A DNA stretch of 61,478 nt, the filler included, from Choristocarpus tenellus KU-1152 (lineage: Eukaryota > Protista > Phaeophyceae), in the NCBI GenBank assembly GCA_964200185.2. It is 13 parts of 13 records of this genome, joined end to end, with 100 filler letters (N's around TTAATTAATTAA, not from the genome) between each part and the next. Parts side by side here need not be neighbours in the genome. Positions count along the whole stretch, not along the records: positions 25,248 to 27,819 come from CAXNAD020026664.1; positions 27,920 to 33,864 come from CAXNAD020009346.1; positions 33,965 to 39,430 come from CAXNAD020010700.1; 10 more parts are not named here. The stretch is one strand, 5' to 3'. The translations under genes and the position numbers were made by a program. The notes below the pieces were generated by a model. The model was not told the origin of the DNA. It was given only the letters and a program-made list of their open reading frames with translations, and made no database searches. Below are positions 25,763-39,430 of the stretch, piece by piece. How positions within the stretch are numbered: the stretch's first letter is position 1; every line of letters starts with the position of its first letter.

Positions 25763-26986
25763 AAACCTAGTAATGAGTAGTGAATATCATATATATATAA
25801 TGATGATGGGAAAATATGGAGTTAGGTTACACTCTTAGAGCTATATCTCATGCGAATGTCGTATCGACCCCTCAACAACTCCATATTGCTCTTCACTATT
25901 TCTTGTTTGGACCCTGTTTGCGTTGTATCTGGGACCTACCCCCAAGTAGCGGCTCTCTAGAGGTACTATTGTTGTTGGTGCGTGCGGTTTCGTTGGTAGG
26001 TGAGGGTAGGTGTAGACCGTATACACTGGAGCATATTTTCCGTTGACCATCATTGACCATCATCGGTTCCATCATATACATATCCGCCCAATATACACTT
26101 TTGATCATAACTTCCTACATGGTTTCGTGAGTTGGCTCTATTTTTATTTTGAAATGGTAGACGCCTTTCTGTCTAACAAACATTTTTCATTGAGGACCAA
26201 ATGTAAAACCAATCATACGGTTTCACCGCCATTGTTTGTCATTCACACTGCGACACAACAACAACACAAGCTCGATCACTTCCACATCGAAACCACTCAG
26301 TAATACGCCAGTGATCTTTGTTACAAGCTTTGGATACTATCATTACGGTCCAAGGTATTAAAAGGAACAGACGACGCCCCTGTACCAAACTCTTCAGCGA
26401 TCCACGTCGGACTTCCAGCAGTCAAGGCTATTAGCACAACTATCAAGATATCAATCAGTGAAGGTGATGTTGGAGAGGACCTTGTAAGATGGAATCGATA
26501 TCTCATTATCCCTTGTTGGCTGAGGATATTTGGAGACCTTGAGTTTCGACACCGCACAATTAACGACCACTCCCCAAACCAAGAATGTAATGAAGCAATG
26601 CCGTGGACAAATTTGAGATATATCAGGACCTGAGTGGTCGTCTAGGGGGTACCGTGAACACATGCCTGGGCACAACACTAGATCTTACGCTCATGTATTT
26701 ATGTAGTTCACAGTAGAGTCGCGTTCCTTGATACCGCATTTTCAAATTGTTTCCTCATTTTCTACATTTTCGCAACTTAATCATGCTATCCTCTTCGTGT
26801 ACTGGAATCCTTGGTGGATGAAACGCTTTGCCGGAGCAAGACGTAAGGCTATCAAGGATGCAATCGGGTACAACACGGGAGCACTCAGAGGTGTCGACCT
26901 GGGAAGCTCGATTGTCAAGTCTGAATCGCAAGATTGCGTCTGCAGCAACGGTTAGTCTAAAGTCACACAGGTGACCATCATGTTCA

Positions 26987-27167
26987 GGGTCAAAGTATCT
27001 GGTGGGGGGTGGCAGCTGTCCATTTGGGTTCAATTTTTTTATGTCGCGATTTTTGTGTGATTTGGTTGCACACGTCGGATAGATAATGTAAGTGGATTTT
27101 TCCTGGTTATGGCCCAAATGGACACCCTGGTGAAACGCCCCCTTCCCTCCCCCAGATACTTTGGGTC
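26987..27167 (-). mobile_element. MITE family A, complete, TSD TCA
   Basis: TCA|GGGTCAAAGTATCTGG...CCAGATACTTTGGGTC|TCA. Confidence 0.92.
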
Positions 27168-27730
27168 TCACGCGAGGGATACAATTTGCGGGAAGACTAT
27201 GGATGGGTATCTCCAGAAAAAACAAATAAGCTATATCAGGACATGAACGTATCATCGAAGAAGTCAGCTTGAATCGAGGCCCTGGTATCCACAATCACGG
27301 CATTACCCTACGTTCATATCTCCATGAAATGGGAACATAATATTTTCATGTGTGTGTACATTCTCCCCTTGTACTCTCCTTGCCACCATGATGAATGAAT
27401 GGTGGTTTCCATTGTCCTCTACTTTACTCTACAGTGCACCTCCACTGCAACTCTTTGTTTTTATTGACGCCTCATGTAAAGATGGTATATAAAGGCATTC
27501 TCTATTTCGTACACCACACCCCCCCTCTCAAAAAACAGGAGATTCGGTAGAAGATCCATATCCAACACTTTATGCCTCTCTCTTTCATAAAAATGTCCTT
27601 TCAGCCTCCACTACTTCTACCTAGTCATGCATCTGTCTATACATAGTATCTACTTCGGTAATTGATGCTGAGTCAAGTAAACGAGAGGTACGCAGGTTTT
27701 GGCCGTTTTGCGCATCTTAACCCACTTTTT

Positions 27731-27819
27731 GACCCAAAGTATCTGGGGGGGGGGGAGGGGGGTTGTCTACATCAGGGTGTCTATTTGAGTCATAACCAGG
27801 AAAAATGCATTTACATTAC
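27731..27819 (+). mobile_element. MITE family A, partial (contig end)
   Basis: GACCCAAAGTATCTGGGG...TCTACATCAGGGTGTCTATTTG. Confidence 0.88.
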
Positions 27820-29680
27820 NNNNNNNNNNNNNNNNNNNNNNNNNNNNNNNNNNNNNNNNNNNNTTAATTAATTAANNNNNNNNNNNNNNNNNNNNNNNNN
27901 NNNNNNNNNNNNNNNNNNNCTCAAGGTGGGGGAGTGGTGCTCTCCCTTGTTATCTAATTCATTCGTCATCAAACACGTCAGAAATATGTTTAAACATGTT
28001 TGTGACAGTTACACTACGTCAGTTGCTTATAAGTTCAAGTTACATTACTTGTTCACTTTTGCACTATAAACCGTATAGACTACTAGTCTATATTGCACAG
28101 AAACAGTTGCTAAAATTTGCACCCACACCCATCTTTTTCCTTTATTGTCTCACCACCTTGGCAATATGACCACTATGTTACATAATGCCTCAAAATTAAA
28201 GTATGTACCCAAATACAACGGGTGTGATCCTCACCTCGGATACATGTTAACTCTTGCCATTGTGCGAGAAACCCCTTTTGAGGCAATTTAAATATGCCTG
28301 TTAATATGTGCATGGAGAACTGAACTTGTAGAGTTCTCATCTTAATTGCAGATAAGGGAAGTCAGATGTAATTCATTGATATCAAAGTGGAAATTCAATA
28401 AAACAAAAAGAAGTACAAGAAGCAACAGTTTGATATCTACATCACTGAAGTTTTTTCCCCACCACATTGATCTTGCCATCTTCATCAAATGATTTTTACA
28501 GAAAATTACTTTTTACTCTCACAAAGAAGGCACCGGAAACACCCATGTTTTCATATTTTTCTGAGTTTTTGCCAACGCATACTTCAAGGAAATGTCGATC
28601 TGTACAAACAGTCAGAAAATCCTAAACATGCGTCCCAAATATGATGGGAGAGCGATAAACATTCTCTCCTAGGTGGAATCTACAGAGAGCTTCCACCTAC
28701 TCTTGTTTACACATACATACACGTATGTCATTGAAGTGATGGAGACAGTGACATGGTATGACTGTCAAAGAGACCGATGAAGGTATGATGGATTAAGAAT
28801 ATACTGCCAACAGTGTACTTGTATATTGGTATAATTTGAAATATCATACCAACCCAACAACCTCCTAATATGAAGTTGGTGGAAATCTCCACTTTGTAGT
28901 CAAAATCAACAGCTGCCAATTCTTTGGCTACATTTACTTCTCGGAAACTGAAAAAATGATGCCAAGATTGACAATTAAAGAAATAAGGATTGTTGATAGG
29001 GAAGGATGCAGAGCAACTATGCTACTCCATTTACTAAATCAAACATGTAACCCATAGTACTGGTGCTTCTGTCACCACCATGCCTTGTGTCTCCTACCCC
29101 TCACTTTGTCTTGGCACGAAATGACACTTTTTGCAAACGAGTCATTGAAGAACAGAAAGCAAATCATTTCGAATCATTCACCCCATCACAGCCTCTCATT
29201 AGGAAGGAGTTGAAAGTTAGGGTGTTCGAATCTCTGAGTGTAGCACATCTCTAGGGCAACACGTGTTCGCAATTTATTAACCCAAAATGATAATTCATCA
29301 GCAGTTAACTACCCAATTCACATCAATACACAACTGACTTAGTGAGCATCTAGGGATGTTCCGATGATACCTCAGCTCAAGTCAAGGCATATCACTCCAG
29401 TCCATTGTGCATATCTCAACCTTGACAAAACATACTGTACAGCACAAGAAGAGAGAGTATACTACCAGTATCCACATTCAACAATATTCCTTGATGGACA
29501 TGACAAATAAATGTTACATTGTAGGATGCGGATATTTATTTGCAATAGACGGAGAGAGAGTTTGACAAAAACCTCTTTTTTACGTATCAAGCAAGGAGCT
29601 GTTCACACTTCAATAAACAGCAAGATTCTCGTGTTACATGGTTACTTGGATGGCACACAGCCCTATATGTAAAATAACTG

Positions 29681-29955
29681 GAGCCAAAGTATCCTAGAGG
29701 TAGGTGCCGTTGAGTGCAATAAGGGCTCTCTCTGGACTGTTTTTTGGTGCATGTGCTCCCAGCACTCTAGAGAGTGATATTCACGGGTTTGTGGACAAAA
29801 TATTTTCATCTCCACCCCTACAGTCACAACATCCTGATGGGGATATTGGTGTCAAGCAAAAGATTTTAAATGCCCCTTACAGTCAAAGAAGCCTACTTCG
29901 ACCCCAAGGAGGAAGCTCCATGGGACCCCACTAACTCTAAAAGTACGGTTTCTTA
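29681..29955 (+). mobile_element. MITE with a B-like left TIR but unrelated interior (family F), right end degenerate
   Basis: GAGCCAAAGTATCCTAGAGGGTAGG start; the putative end CTAACTCTAAAAGTACGGTTTC is only weakly complementary. Confidence 0.55.
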
Positions 29956-30611
29956 ATGAAAAGGAGTTCTTGATGGGGTATGTACCAAAATAGACATGTG
30001 AGCATTATATGCACTTTATAGATGAGTTCTAGTGTGTTATTATCATATATGGTGCCAGAAGATACCATGAGAGAGGAATAGTCAAGGTGATAAATGAGGT
30101 TATGCAATCAATGCATGATTTAAATGTGAGACTAAGACTCTGACCTGCAACAGCATCTACACACAATACAAACATCACATGCCTATAAGCATAAGTGAAC
30201 CCATAAATCACACCAAGACTTGGATGAACACCAAAAACACAAGTAACACCTCAATGCATCACACCTGTCCCAGCAAGGAATCTTGTCCCGTGGAGAAGCG
30301 TGGTGATTCCAGGCCATGATCACTATGATACAATGAGCGCTCCAGGGTAGAAGAGGACAAGGGCAGTGGATCTAGCCCACCACAGGAGAAACTCGAAAGT
30401 CCACGAGGAATGGGGCAAGAGGACAAGCCTGTTGATACTTCGCCATGAATCCTGTATCTAGGTTGACTATAGTAGGGGTTGCCTCCAGGGTTGGGAGCCT
30501 GTGTACAGAAGGGAATCCAAGTTCAGGCATTGTACAATGACTTTCGGGTTACATACTCCAAACGTCAAATATATACTACATGGCATGTGGGTGATTTGGG
30601 AGCAATGGAGT

Positions 30612-30843
30612 GAGTCAAAGTAAACAAGAGATGCACGGATTTTGGCTAATTTGTATTCACCCATGATTGCATGGATGAATTCCTAAGTTTGACTTGACAG
30701 CGCTTATTTCTCTATTGTTTGAAACCTTTCCAACACAATTCAGGAAATATCCTGTACACATTTACTTTAAAAAGTCGAGTTTTGAACACATTTGTCAGCA
30801 TCCTTAAAATTCAACTCTGGCTACCTCTCCTTTACTTTGACTC
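30612..30843 (+). mobile_element. MITE family E, flanks AGT/ACT
   Basis: GAGTCAAAGTAAA...TTTACTTTGACTC; reverse-complement homolog of 57371-57634. Confidence 0.85.
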
Positions 30844-31440
30844 ACTGAGATACCATGATCAGGGAAGTAGGCTGGGAGAAGGAGGGGATTGGCTCTATAT
30901 AGTAAGGAGGACTAAGGAAGATGTGAGAAGTATGAAATTGGTAAAGGTTTAATGGTAAAAAAAACAAGTTAAAAAGCATGTACTCTCTCATTGAAATCCA
31001 TAACATTCAGCCACCTACCTTGTCTAACCTTACTTCAGTTCAACAAATGTCTACGTGATGTCGAGTGGGAGTCAAAATAATTCACACTGGGCAACATCCT
31101 TGAGGAGTTCATTATAGTCATTCTTCACGTGATGGAGGATTGTGAAGACGCTGTGGAAATTGCAAGGGTGACAATAATAACATTACTCCCCCACTTAAAT
31201 CATGCCAAGTAAGTACGTAAATTGGGTTGGTTCCATGTTGAAGATATAATAATGGTTGGATGTGACATGTGAAGTGTTCTCTTGGGGGGGATGTTTATTT
31301 TCTTCCCATGCCACCTACCTCTCAATCCTGGTATATCTCCCTCACCCCACTCCATTTCAGGGAAACTCCAGACTTAGGTTCCCCTTTGAAAACAAAATAC
31401 CCTATTCAACAAGAACGAACTTTGGACAAATTAGCTGACC

Positions 31441-32770
31441 TGGTAGGCTGATAACCAGCTGCCTTCTCTCCTAGGGTGAAATGGGGCATAGGTATTACCC
31501 ACATAAGGCTGCATCAGAGTGGCCTGGTTGTTTTGAGGATTCATCTGCTGCACCTGCATATTGTGGAAGTTCTGTATCAAATGGCCAAATAGGATGGTGA
31601 GGTGGAAAGGGGGGAGGCAAATGGTCAGCTTTCTCCCTCACATAAAAAGTGAGATCGAGGAGAATAAGTGCAAGCACACATATGCATGCTATATAAAGAA
31701 GGCAACTGACTTATCTGCTGATTTCAACATTTCCTCCAGTTAGTTTTTGGTAGTGTAGGGTGATGAGCGCGCAGGTGATGTGCAGTAGTGTAACGTTAAA
31801 CCCTCACCCGCCCTCCATCCCCATGATAAACACATCAGACCACCAACATGCCTCTTGCCAATTCCTGTGCTGTGCTGACATCAGGATTGGCTGATGCATG
31901 GTGCGATAGGGCTCGTGTTGCTGGAGGGGCAGAGTTGATCGACTTGATCTCACCGCGTATGGGTGATTATCAGGCACAGGAAACCTATTAAGTTGGGGCC
32001 AACCAGTGAGGATACGTATGCGACCATGCAACAAAATGTTTTAAGTGTCGACGTGGTCATATAGCCAAAACAGCAAAAATCAGAGTATACCAGGTGCTCC
32101 CAAGAGCTAAGCTTTCATCGGACAACTACGAGAGTAGCTAAAGGGTAAAGTTGGGCTTGAATATCTACCTGCCAAAACGCCAATCTTGGTCAAGATTGCT
32201 CCTCCTCCTGCTCCAGTCAGGTTGCCTACTTTCCTCACGCTTGTGTCTCTGCATCCCCTCAACAGATCTGTCCTTGACAAACCACCCTCTATCAGTACCG
32301 CCACTATTGAATCGACCATCTTGAGGAAAGATTGAAAACGAGGAACCACGACCCCCTCCCACTACCGGCTGATAAGAAATTCCTTGAGGGGGTGGGCCAT
32401 TACGTCCCGCCATGAAGTAGGGTATTGAACCCATGGGTGGAGCAGGAAGCATTCCCGGTGCCTGAGGACATATCTCATTGCTCACGAAATTACTCGCATA
32501 GATTTTCCCTACCCCGACCGAAGGGGGTTTCGAAGATGGTGGGGTCACACTATCGCTCTCCTCCCAAGTCACACTCGACTCAGTGCCATGTTGCTGTTGC
32601 TGAAGTTCGAGGCTGTCTGGCAGGGGCTGCGCCATAAGGTTGGATGTGGTAGATTCCTCCTCTACAAGTTGGTGATTTACAGCTGCACCAAGGCCTGTTC
32701 TGGACCATTTCAGTGATGAGGATTTGTCAGGATTATGGGTGTTGTTTGAGGAGGACCTTCCGGAGAACTA
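31441..32770 (-). CDS. Probable exons of a low-complexity Pro/Gln/Gly-rich protein (structure unresolved)
   Basis: Long open frame ~32770-32168 (APGMLPAPPMGSIPYF...) and an exon-like block VQQMNPQNNQATLMQPY near 31555-31441 with AG/GT borders. Phases could not all be reconciled. Confidence 0.35.
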
Positions 32771-33980
32771 CTTAGTATAAGAGGCGCAACCTCATCTAAT
32801 ACGGATACCTGCATTAATACGGACCTGACATTCTTGGTCGGTGAGATATTCGGAACCTCCGCTTTAAGCCTTGGTCAAAACCCTTTGTGTAATGTACCTC
32901 AAACTTCGTTTGGGGTTTTGGGGAGATATTGAATACAGATGTGGACAATCTCCCTGTTGTATGTAGATAACGCACACCGAGTTGGAGTAAGGTCACCTCA
33001 CAGTAGTAGTAATAATACTCTTATCTGTCTCTCCAATCCCATCCCTCGTTGGAAGCAGCAAATGTTTGGTGATTCACAAATTCAGTTTAGTGGAAAATAT
33101 ATGTCATTAGATATATATACCGAAAATATTATCCAAACAATTGCCTTAGATTGATGGTTGAAAAGAATTTTGGGGAATTGCTAATGGATTCCTATGAACA
33201 TCAATAGGTAGTAGTATCAGTGATCTCAACAGTAGTGGTTCGTAGGGTTCATAGGTTCGAACTTTCGTTACAGGAAGTATTTAATGATGAGTATGTGACG
33301 TGTAACTCTCCGCACGTATATCTTGAGTGTAGTATTAAGCTTATATTTGTGTAATAAATTTGTTCTGTCCACAATTTGAAGGTGAACATTTTTATGTATA
33401 TTATTAGACCATCACTATCGTTGCCGAAGTTGTCAGAGTTAGGAAAAACAAGACATATGACGAGGAGAATAAAATACACAAAGAGAGTAAAATAGAGGAA
33501 ATATATAATATTCAGCATAGAGAGAATTTATAAGGTACAAAATGTTCAAAGCCCGAGGAGATTTTGGAGATGCGTGATGATAAGGACATTAAATACATCA
33601 TACATTGTACACGTTTTTTCATGGTTACATCTATATATAGATATTTCACCGCTGACACATCTGCAAAATGTCAGAGGGCATCATAATAAAATATATAGAT
33701 ACAAAGACTCGCGGGCCATAATTTCGTTCTGCGCACTTTATGTATACAGTAGGTACCCCTATTTTGGGCCAAACATTATGAACCAAATCGAAAAATATGC
33801 AATTTTGTACCGCTTTTTTCGACATGCTCAAAAAAATAGGCTTTTATACTGGAATTCTCGTATTNNNNNNNNNNNNNNNNNNNNNNNNNNNNNNNNNNNN
33901 NNNNNNNNTTAATTAATTAANNNNNNNNNNNNNNNNNNNNNNNNNNNNNNNNNNNNNNNNNNNNGTGAAAAACAGACGCT

Positions 33981-33981
<1 letters not shown>

Positions 33982-34048
<67 letters not shown>
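33982..34048. repeat. (CA)n microsatellite embedded in a MITE end
   Basis: More than 30 CA units immediately before the terminal AGATACTTTGACCC. Confidence 0.95.
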
Positions 34049-34050
<2 letters not shown>

Positions 34051-34392
34051 TACTTTGACCCCCATTGACTCCAATGGTAGGCAACGGTGGGAGTGTTTCA
34101 GTAACAACACCACAGTGCATCATCGAATCAGGATCCAACCTTTTGCTGATCCTGGTTCATTGGAGATCTAATGAGTTAGGTCATGGTGAATCCAAAGCCA
34201 AGGGATATGCTGAGTGCAATCCCATTGCTAAGCCCAATCGGTAAATCACTTGGAATTAACTCTACTAATATGAAGCCACCGGCAGCAGTCCACATGGTGT
34301 TGTATCGAGGGCACCCTCTAGTGCAAACTTCCCACCTCTCCCTCCTTCCATCTAATACTTTGTCCTGGGCGGTGTTGTGCATTGCTTGGCAG

Positions 34393-37300
34393 GCAAAGTC
34401 GAAGCTTTTGGCACAGTTGCACAATTCTAAGACCCCTGAGGAAAGGATCAAAGCACTGCGCAATCTTGGACTATTACAGGAAAAATCTTGCCCCAAATCA
34501 TCTGGCAGTGGGACTGAGATCCTTGCACCATCTGTGGAGGCACAAACACATGAAGAATTTTGTACGTAGTTTGTGTAGGAAGGGGATGAAGAATGATCAA
34601 AGAAATTGTACCAAACTTTCAGTCAGACCTAACTGTACAAGTCGCCCACTTTTCTTTTGTTCATTATGGTGTAGTTACATTTTTTTGTGTACAATATCTA
34701 GGAGAGGTAACTAATTCATGTACCCTGGACATTTGTACCATGCTCTGTGTGTGTGGTGCACCCCGCCTAAGTATAAGAGAACCCCACCTCCCCCACCCTT
34801 CCCTTCAACTGTCGTATTTTTGTTGTACCATTCCAGCAGCTGCAGGAAAGCAAAGGTCAGCACTAAATAATGCAGCATTAGCATCAGTGGTGAAGGCTGC
34901 TTCTCCTGAGAATTCTTGGGTGAACAACCAAAGGAAACTTCCTAGAGAATTGAAGGGTGAAGCAGCAGGGGAAATACGTGGCACTTCTAATATGCAGCAG
35001 GGTCCAAGTCATGTACACACGCTTCCTTGCAAGAACACCAATGAAGGCGACAAGAGACTCTACAAAGGATCAAACAATGCCCACAGCTCAACTTGCTCCC
35101 AGTCACCCCCAATCCCAACCTACCACTGTCACCAGCGCCGTCACATTTCTGATGAAGAACCATCCAATGATCTCTTTGCTGAGGATTTTCTCATATCCCC
35201 TCCTAGCCCAGGAGCCATCGTTGCAGTCACCAGAGGAAGCAACAGAAGGGTGGGGAAAGTGAAAGAGAAGACCAAGGGTGGTAATATGAATGACCCAGTT
35301 TACCGAGTAAAGATGAAGGCCCGACATGGTTGTAGGTCTGGTCGTGGAGTTGGTCACGTCATGATAACAAGGAACCAAGTGGGTTCATCTGCTGTTGCTG
35401 TTGCTGCTCGGAGGGAGTTTGGATCACCATTAGAGACCAAATGGACCTCTTGGATGCGTTCAGGCAGGCAAGAATGGGAGATCAAGGATGGTGCTCCAGG
35501 GCTACAGTGTCAGCACCACAGCCTTGGTAACAACTATAGAAAGATTCTGCAGGGAGAAAGTAGAGAGTCAAATGCAGAAAGGAGTATGTGCCGAAAAAGG
35601 GTTGCCTTGTCTTCCCACAAGTCTCCTGCTCTTGAGGTATTATTACCAACCGCACCTATACAGCAACTCTATCATCTGCAGGGAGAGGCATGCCCCCCAG
35701 CAAAGCTGGTGGGTGATGTTCCATATCAGGATTTACATGTCCTTGATGCTCTGTGCAATGATGATCACTTGCTGCCAAGTGGGAACTGCGGAGATCTTGA
35801 TGGCGGTCCCATCAAAACGAGCAAACGTGATGACAGGAGCGGCAGAACCCACTACAGCATGACCAGGTACAAGTCCACAGACAAGTCAGGAAGGATGGGG
35901 AGATCAAGGGTAGTCAGTGGCTGTGGTACAGAGGAGGCTGGTGATTTTCGTGCGATATCGGAAAAATGGTCAAGTGGGGTGAGACTCCCAGACAGCAATG
36001 GCAACCAAGAGGTGGGACAGAGTGGAGATGACAAAAAGACAGAAGAGAACTTTTCACAAAGTACACAACCACAGACACCTCCACAATGCCGACAACCACC
36101 ACTTGCCAGTGTAGGTGTGAAGAAGGATGCTAAAGGAAGATCTCAAGTCGATTCTCACAGTAAAAGAGTAGATGCAACACTGCGTGGGGACAATCAGGGT
36201 GGGCGCGAGAAGTGGAAATTGCAGGAAAGGGGCTCTTTGAAGCAAACAACAGAAGTATTTGATCAAGAACACGAATTGCAGAGAGACAGGGAAACAATGC
36301 TGCGTGTAGGGGATGAAGGTGAGGTAAATTTTTCGAAAGCTGGGGGTATTTTGTGTTCATGGAGTTAATAGCAATCTCTAACAAATGGAGGAGAAAGACT
36401 CTTCATTTGAAATTTCTATCGAAGACTATTGTAATAATCAAGATCCATCGTCACCCTCCTCTCCATAGGTGCCCGGACCTCTCTCCCGAAAGGGGGACAT
36501 CTCTTTCAAGGCCTCAGCTTTATTCTAACTGGATTCACCAGGAGAAAAGCTGTGCGACTTGGTAGCATGATCACAAGTTCAGGGGGACTGGTTTTAGACA
36601 GGATGCCACCTCAATTATCAGTGCCCTCACTCCACCACGCCCATTCAGGAACAACTAATGAAGCACCAACGTCGCCTGCTCTGACATCAACTGTGGTTGT
36701 GATTTCACGGCCAGGGGCCTCCCGAAGGCTGAAGTATGTGCTGGCCATTGCCAAGGGCTGTCCCCTTCTGCATCACTTTTGGGTAGAAGATAGTGTGGCG
36801 AGAGGGCAAGCAGTCTCTGCAAGGGCATATGTCCTACCTGGAGCCTGCGTTACTTCCACTGAGGGTGACAATATGGGCACTGGAATGCTTGGTCACGGTC
36901 AAAGGGAGGGAGCAATTATGGCTGTTGCAGAAGCAAACCCTGGGCCACGTAAACCACTAAAAGGCATGTCAATTGGTGTGGTTCACTACCTTGAGGCCTG
37001 TAGGGAATGGATGAGTGTGCTGGAGGCTGGGGGGGCAGCCTCTGTGCAAGAGATTTCATATTCTGCTGGCTTAAGGTCAAGGGGTGTGGCTCCTGTGAGT
37101 GGTTGTGCTATGGGAAAGAGCACTTCTGTATGGAATGACCAGAAGCTTGCAGAGGTTATCCAGGGGCTGGACTGTTTGATTTGTGACTATCCAAGTATGT
37201 GGAGTTCCACTGGATACATGTCACCTTCGCCAGATCCGCAACAAGCACCAGTTGAGGAGGGTATCGGCGCTGGGTTCAACAGAGACTGGTTGAAAGGCCA

Positions 37301-38246
37301 AGAAGGATTTCAAGGTGAAGGGCAACCAGTGACCCCCGAGATGAAGAGACGATCATCAACTGTAGGAAGTGCCTCTGTCTTGCCCAAGGACACGCTGTAC
37401 AGTTTCATGTCCAGGGCTGTGGCAACAGCTAGACGTGAAGAGGTACCTGTAGTATCCCTGGATTGGGCAGCACAGTGCCTTGCCCAAGGCGTCAGACTGA
37501 GCTTCAAATCATGCAAGAGATTCACTGAGCCATTTTCAGGTTTGCCTCTGACATCATCTCTCCTATCACCCATGGAGATAGGAGGCCGCTCAGGAACCCC
37601 TCATTTTTCTTGGACATCACCTGCTGTGGCATCCACATCGACTTGGATGCATCCTGTAGTTGGGCCCAGAGCTCAGGATAGCTCACCTTCAACAATGCTG
37701 CCATCATGGGTGTGTGGAGGGACACGCTATGAAGCTGGTGATCTCGTGTGCTTCCGGAAACATGCAACTCCTCTAGTTGGATGTTCCGATCTGTCACACC
37801 AAACATGTGGAGAAGTTGAGGGCTCCTTATGGACTAGGGGTTCGACAGGGAGAGGTGCTTTTGGTGTGGGTCGAATTGAGGGATTTTTCTGTACAACAGA
37901 TGCTGGCACAGCCAGGGCTGGTGATAGTAGCTGCTGTAATTTTGTGCAAATGGAACCCATGGTTGTGGGAGTCACTGAAGGGGTGCAAGGCTTGCAGTCC
38001 AAAGTAGGGACAAGAGACTGCCTTGGGTCAGGGAATCTACAAAGGGAAAGTCAACGTGATGCTCCCAGGACTTTGAGTTCTGGCATGCTGGGGAGCAGGG
38101 ATTCAGACTCAACTGAGGGTGCCGTGGTGAGGGTGAGGGTTGCAGTTCACTGTCTTGTGGGGAGGGTTGTTGGTATTGGAAGGGAAGAGTTTATGTCTCG
38201 CATGGGTTACTGTGGGAGAGATCCCAATGTGTTTTTACTGTGTTAA
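34393..38246 (+). CDS. 5'-partial 53BP1/Crb2/Rad9-like protein: long disordered region, tandem BRCT domains, C-terminal BAH-like segment. Exons 34393-34561, 34837-36318, 36469-38246
   Basis: Phase-1 GT-AG introns join the 591-aa and 564-aa ORFs. BRCT1: HLFQGLSFILTG...SGGLVL...RRLKYVLAIAKGCPLLHHFWVEDS. BRCT2: PLKGMSI...WMSVLEAGGA...VPVVSLDWAAQCL. Then GTRYEAGDLVCF...FGVGRIEGFF. Confidence 0.8.
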
Positions 38247-38353
38247 GATGCTGCAGTCAGTATGTTTGAATTGACGGTTTTCCGTGTGCACTATCAGTAG
38301 CCCTGATTGATGTTTATCAAAGAATGTTTGGGGGTCATTTCCCACCTCCCACA

Positions 38354-38727
38354 TATTGAACTATGCCACACTGGACCCTCGGCTTTTATGGTGCTTTAAT
38401 GAAGGCCAAAGAACAGCTTGATGTAGATGAACAAAGTTGATATTACAAGGGTCTTTATGGTCTCAATTCCGCTGACTGAATATGTGTGTGAGACGAGCCT
38501 AAAGAACCATTATTATTCTACAGTGTGGGGTTTGTAATCGTCCACACTACTTTACTATGAATAACTTATATATTTGTCTGAAGTATAGAAAATGTATCTT
38601 GAATATGATATAAAAACCAATCAACACTTTTGAGTCAGTACATATAATATATCTGTCACTGACTCTCCATCCTATTATCTAATCCACCAGTAGTGTCTAC
38701 GTGTATCAGCAGCACTATCTACGAACA
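38354..38727. mobile_element. Solo LTR (family 2), paralogous to 43756-44111
   Basis: Alignable along its length to 43756-44111 (CACTGGACCC; CTACAGTGTGGGGTTTG; GACTCTCCA.CCTATTATCTA; ACGAACA end). Flanks CCACA/CCATA are a near-perfect 5-bp TSD. Confidence 0.75.
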
Positions 38728-38919
38728 CCATACCATAAAGTGAGCAATATAGTAGTAGCAGTGTGCAGTAGTACTTTTTGTGAAGACGTATCATTCAAAT
38801 TATTGTTTTTTACTCTGGGGTATCTGTTTTGAAGCTTGACCATTGGTGTGGTGTTGTTTTGTGGTAAGTGCGGTGTTATGGGGTCTGGTTGAGAAAACAA
38901 TCTACCCCAGGTCGTAAGC

Positions 38920-39430
38920 TGTGCAAAATAGGACAATAGTGAGGTGTACCTTATTTTGTGTATATGAGATTGCTGTGTTGAATTGAGCCCATGTGATGTA
39001 ACAAATAAAATAGTACATCCAGATTATGTATCGAATTATGTATTGGTATTTATTCTGCATTCAACTAACTTTGACATGACCGTTGACTCAGATAGGAAGC
39101 ACAAATAAATAATATACAAGCAATTAGAAGACACCATACACAAAAGTCACTCTTCTAAATTTCAACCATCCATTCCTTTTTTTACGTTCAGCAAAGGGGT
39201 CGTGTGAGGCTTCACACTCTCTTATCTTCACTACTGAGAAATAGCATTGCCTCCCAAGGTAATTTGCACAGGTTATGAGCCTAAGTAGTATGGAGACTGA
39301 CCTGAAGAAACTTGCTGTCTGGACAGGGGCGACAGGAAGATCATTGGAAACCTGGTCAACTTGGAGATTGTCACTGATCGCCTACACTGGTGGAAAGGGC
39401 TTGTACGAGATTACAACAAGGGACTACGAG
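38920..39430 (+). mobile_element. 5' end of a copia element of the same family as 11512-13750: LTR 38920-39270, PBS 39271-39281, gag start 39290
   Basis: TGTGCAAAATAGGACAATAG...TTGCACA LTR, then GGTTATGAGCC, then METDLKKLAVWTG...WSTWRLSLIAY..GKGLYE (copia gag N-terminus). Confidence 0.88.

Noticed and set aside
26300-26960. Possible exons or a hAT-like remnant
   Set aside because: Could not build a phase-consistent model on either strand or find a diagnostic motif.
26755-27294. Recurrent short ORFs with KKLTPNGQxPPP / PKVSGGG / CLSIWG peptides (also near 179, 20322, 44755, 55304, 59341)
   Set aside because: These are chance translations of non-coding MITE A and B sequence, not a peptide family.
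34593-36368. 591-aa and 564-aa ORFs as two separate genes
   Set aside because: Phase-consistent introns join them into one gene, and the ORF ends extend into intron sequence.
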